A stretch of DNA of 64,000 nt from Psammoneis japonica (Eukaryota): contig QPGO01000068.1 in NCBI GenBank assembly GCA_008632985.1, positions 310,001 through 374,000 of the forward strand. Direction: 5' to 3'. Below, piece after piece: positions 59,701 through 64,000 of this stretch. Position 1 is the first letter of the stretch; every line of letters begins with the position of its first letter. Made by a program: the position numbers and the translations under genes. Under the pieces are notes generated by a model. It saw nothing but the letters and a program-made list of their open reading frames with translations. It searched no databases and was not told the origin of the DNA.

Positions 59701-61806
59701 TGGCGAGTGCTCTTCCAGAAAGTGGCGAATCCAATTCAAAGGGGTTGCCTTGGAGACACGAGTCGCACCATGGAGATGCTTCGTTTTATGATCATAAATG
59801 GCAATCCAACAAGTCTCGCCATTCAATCCAACACAGTCCTTGGTGCGCTCCGAGTTCTTGGAGCGTAGGCCAGAGAAGGAAAAATCAATCGTAAGGCCTT
59901 GGCATGGTTGGGTGGCAGTGAGAGTGGTGTTCGGACCGGCAGGTTCCTTCGTCTGCTTGGCTCGCATGCATGTGGGACAAGTGTCGAGAGGAGAAGTTCC
60001 GTGGGCAAACTTGGGGACGCCATCAACATGTTCATGGGCATGATGAAGGCAGTGATCACTCGGATGACCAAGTCGCTGATGCCACAAAAGACGTTCCGTG
60101 TCGGCCTTGAGAGACTGGACAGGAATGTTCTTCTCAGCATGCTTCTCGAAAGGAACATCTTGACAGACACGGGGGATCAACTTGCATTCATCACGAAGAG
60201 CTTCATGTTGGTGGGTGCGACAAGTCTCAATCACACACGCAGAGACCGCTTCACACTCATTGGCAAAAGAAGGATCAGCAGTCTTGAGGCGCTCGACAGA
60301 TGCATCCAGTTCGTCGTTAGATTCCGGGAGAATGAGAGGGTGAGCAAAACATTTTCCATTGATCAATTTTCCATGAATGACAACATCCTGACTCTTGCGC
60401 AATCGGTGTCGTGCAACAAACTTGCAGGCACCAAGATCATGGAACTTGAGAATGCAATCGACATTGCAATCTGTGAAACGAGAACCATTTTGACGAAGGA
60501 GGAGTCGCTCATCGACCAACGTAGATTGGATCTGTGGGTGGCAGCATGCACGGACCTCAACATGGCCATCAGAGTTCTCTGCAGGGATGCGAAGACAGCC
60601 GAATCCAACTGGGACAGCTTGGTGGCCAAGGGCCGGGTTGACAGCAAGGGGACAGGGATGGGACGGAGTGAAGTCTTGGCAGCAATGGAGGAGGTCACGG
60701 TCGCCTGCACATGCAATGTTGGCACCTGCATCCAACTGAGCACAACGTTGATGCCACAAAAGGCGTTCCATGTCGGCCTTGAGGGATTGGACGGGAATGT
60801 TCTTCTTGGCGCACTGCTCAAATGGGACATCTTGAAATGCTCGGGGAATCAACTTCCTTTCCATGCAGAGAGCATCATTTTGGCATGCACGATGTGTTTC
60901 AATCATGTGGGCCGAGACTGCTTCACATTCATCCACAAAGGAGGGGTCACTTGCCTTGAGGCGCTCGACAGATGCATCGAGCTCATCATGGGATTCTGGG
61001 AGAATGAGTGGGTGAGTGCAACACTTGCCATTGGTCAATTTCCCATGAATGACGACATCCTGACTCTTGCGCAAATGATGCCGTGCAACAAACTTGCAAG
61101 TGCTGAGGTCATGGAACTTGAGGATGCAACCAACATTGCAATCCATGCGACGGGCACCATCCTGTTGGAGCAGCAATCGTTCATCAACCAAGGTAGATTG
61201 GAGCTGTGGGTGGCAATGCGCACAAATCTCAACATGTCCATCAGAGTTCTCCGCAGGCATGCAAAGACATCCAAAGCCAACTGGGACAGCTTCATGTCCA
61301 AGAGCTGGATCAACAGCAAGCGGGCATGGGGCAGAAGGAGCAAACGCCTGGCATCAATGTAGGAGATCACGATCTCCAGTGCAGGCAACATCAGCACCAG
61401 TGTCAAGTTGAGCACAGCGCTCATTTGGGGCAAACTTGACACCATTGACAGCGCAGGCAGTGCGGAGCAGATCTGGTGGATCCAAGTCATCATCATGCAG
61501 TGAGCCAAGCGGGGCAATGCAGACAGAATTCACTGCGGTGAAACCATCCTCAACAGCAATGTCGTCATGGGTGAGATCAACGAACTTGGCAAATTCACAT
61601 CCCTCTAAATCTTCCCTCCCCTGTTCTAAAGAGTCCAGAACAGGATCAATCTCCAATGTGCCATCAGGGAGAACAGGATCGTCATCAGGCAACTTGGTGG
61701 TGTCAGGAGAGACCTTCGAGTCGGGGGTGCAGTCCGCATCAGTCGTCGAAGAAAGAGGCAGCACAGTGGCAGATGACGAGACGGTTGGTCCCTCTTTCAC
61801 AGTCAT
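56761..61806 (-). pseudogene. copia pol (protease-integrase-RT-RNase H), open for 1499 aa but saturated with missense changes
   Basis: ORFs 56761..61260 and 61354..61806 are in the same frame, separated by a TGA. Conserved Tyr residues are replaced by Cys/His. Confidence 0.85.
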
Positions 61807-63433
61807 CCCGCTGACATTGGTCTTGTCTCAGTGGGCAGAGAATGGGCTGCATCGGAGATCCGAAACTAGCTGCGACGGCCCGACTGAAAATCTGAAGACT
61901 GGACACCAGCACTGGGTGGAGAATCAGATGGGGCTTGATGAGGCGGCAACAAACCTTGTGGTCCTTGAAATTCAGAGGCTTGCATGGCCGCTTCGCGCTT
62001 CAAAAATTGACAAAAACGCACATGGAAGCCCTCATTGTATGGGTTGTTGTTCAAGACAGGACAGTCATGGAACAAGTGCTCGTCAGAACAAACAAGGCAT
62101 GGTTTCTTGGAGGCCTCTGTGGGAGCAACCTTGAGTTTGTGTGCCAAAGCTGAGCAGACATGATGAAGGAGACGATCTTCATCTTCTGTGGAAGGTGCGT
62201 CAAGGTCATTCAATTCAGCACAGAGGGAGTCAAAGGTGTCCTCGGGGGAGTTGTCGATGTTGGTGGCTTCAGGCAGCTCGTCTGCATCCTCTGCAATGGG
62301 AGGGACATCCGGAATGGTCAAGGAATTGACATCGGCAGTGGTGCGACGCGCATCGCCTGGGTGTCGATCCCATGTGCGGCATGGATTGCAAGGAGTCGCA
62401 CGGGTTGCAAGAGATGGACTGTCCAACTGACGAAGGAAGTCAGACAGAGTCTCAACAATCTGTGCACCCGTGTGCTTCTTGAGCATGGCAGGAGACTTCC
62501 TTTCGTCCCTGGCAGCACGGGATAAGAACTTGGAGCATTTGGTGTTCTTGATAAAAACAGTCATCTCTTGAGAGTCATCCAACGTAGAGTCCGCATTAAA
62601 GATGTGAGCACGCAGCTGTAGAAAATCCTTGAAACACAAGCGACAGTCCGTCAATGACAGATTTCCTTGAATGGGGCAGGAATCTACCAAACCAGCAGCC
62701 TCGTGATTGAAAGCCGGGTGGTTCTCGCAGACAATTTGCTTGAGAGCCTTGCAGCCATTGCCATGGCATGAGGCAACAATCCGATGATGCTTGCTGTTCT
62801 TGGGGAACACATCAGACTTGGAAAGGATCTTGTGAAGGGAACTTTGTGCTTCTTTACAATGAACATACATTCGTTGGGGCAAGTCATCGTCTTTGCCATT
62901 GCCAATCTCAAAACCCTTCTCACCACCATGGTCCTTGGTGAAGCACCACAAAGGATGCACGCAGCATCCTGAGTCAAAGGAGTGACGTTGAAAATTTTGG
63001 TGCCATGCACGTGTCCCAGCGGGAGAATCATCATGGCAGATTGGAGGTTCCCTGAATGGCATCTTCTGGTCAGGGGCCGAGCTCATTGTAAACAGGGCAC
63101 CATCATTGAGAATGATGCGGTCAGACGCATCAACATGGTGGCGGAATCCATGGCCACAATGGACTGGGGAGCTCTTCAGGGTGACGGCACCATGTTCTTT
63201 GCAGTCGTAGCATGTGCAAACATCAGGAGGCAGGGTGTCAGGATTGAAGAGACATTTGAATGCTGTGGAAGATGCAGGAGTTCCAGAGGTCTTGCCAGAG
63301 GAGTCACGAGTCAACAACCGAGTCTGATTCATGGATGACGCTTCCGGTCATGGATCTCTTCTTCCGGAAGAAATGTCTGTTGAGTCTTCTAGCGACAGTA
63401 ATCGGAGTGACACACACGACCGTTAGGTCATAA

Positions 63434-64000
63434 TGTCATCTCCAATCCCTCGTGAGATCTTCTCACAATTCGTATCTTTGGCGCATCTCATTGTCCCAAA
63501 ACTGCTTCTTGTCATCCTCTGTTGCATTGTACAACCTCAAGAGAGTCCTGAACTCTCCATCCTACACAGTGCATTGTTGTATCCCAAGTGGTTACGACCC
63601 CAATCCACGCACCGGTGTCAACTCGTAACGGAGTTGCTGCCACTCGTTCGTCTCGTTACAGACGACATCCTGTCCAACGGCGATCTTCTACATCGCAATC
63701 CAACGGCGATCATCTATGTCGCAATCCCCACCTGCTAATCGATCCTCTATGTCGAATCATCCACAACCATGTCCATGGATCCTGATGCCGTCAAGATGTT
63801 TGCTGAGGCCTTCGCCAAGATGCAAACCTCGACCAACCCTCCTACGATCCCCACGCCGCTTCGCGGCGGTATCCACCACTCTCATGGAGTGCATCTGGGT
63901 GGTTCGGCTCTGAACAACAAGCACGAGCAGACCGACACCCGCACCCACCGTTTTGCCTCGCAACGTCGCCATCCGAAAGCTGTCGACTCTGTCGAGCAAT
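63434..64000 (+). mobile_element. Possible 5' end (LTR, PBS-like site, gag start) of a second, oppositely oriented LTR element
   Basis: TG at 63434 ... CA at 63586, followed by TGGTTACGACCC (resembles GGTTATG-type iMet PBS). An open frame from ATG 63775 (MDPDAVKMFAEAFAK...PTPLRGG) runs off the window. Confidence 0.4.

Larger units (their letters stand above)
56466..63430 (-). mobile_element. Ty1/copia LTR retrotransposon (CoDi-like), hypermutated, with an internal 672-bp duplication
   Basis: gag-like ORF 61866..63332 with CLVCSDEHLFHDC knuckle; protease LDTGA; WHQRLGH..C..C; integrase (IDFSF, VDQGGE, GPVER); RT QVDD; RNase H (FLDA, STEAE, VDNESA), in copia order. Confidence 0.95.

Noticed and set aside
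59899..61362. 487-aa plus-strand ORF
   Set aside because: Antisense to copia pol, open only because TAA/TAG are erased.
1..63350. Classical RIP, CpG decay alone, or GC-biased gene conversion as the explanation for the block composition
   Set aside because: RIP creates TpA. CpG decay cannot remove TpA or turn Tyr into Cys/His. gBGC is not dinucleotide-specific and would not leave AA/TT runs while CpG is lost.

Overview
This is eukaryotic nuclear DNA, most likely from a pennate diatom. That is an inference from the short GT-AG introns, ASAF/AFAP-type presequences, CoDi-like copia elements and a diatom-type receptor-domain fragment. The gene-dense blocks (about 11.4-31.8 kb and 39.3-54.4 kb) encode eEF3, a mitochondrial carrier, aspartyl aminopeptidase, a RIOK3-like kinase, a large unknown protein, an organellar DEAD-box helicase, an LSD1/PAO-like amine oxidase with two ePHD fingers, an ACL5-like aminopropyltransferase, a PP2A-B56/kinase fusion, RPL18A and SUMO. 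They alternate with sharply bounded blocks (about 1-11.1, 24.6-25.7, 32.0-36.8, 37.1-39.0 and 55.35-63.35 kb) of decayed copia, LINE and Helitron elements and dead copies of multigene-family genes. The main observation is that these blocks have lost almost every TpA dinucleotide by TA->TG or TA->CA change (A->G on either strand), on top of CpG decay. Two internal duplications and conserved Tyr->Cys/His changes in transposon motifs give the direction of change. This looks like a repeat-targeted adenine hypermutation process, RIP-like but with different chemistry. A systematic sequencing miscall at modified TpA sites must be excluded first. All counts and alignments were done by hand.
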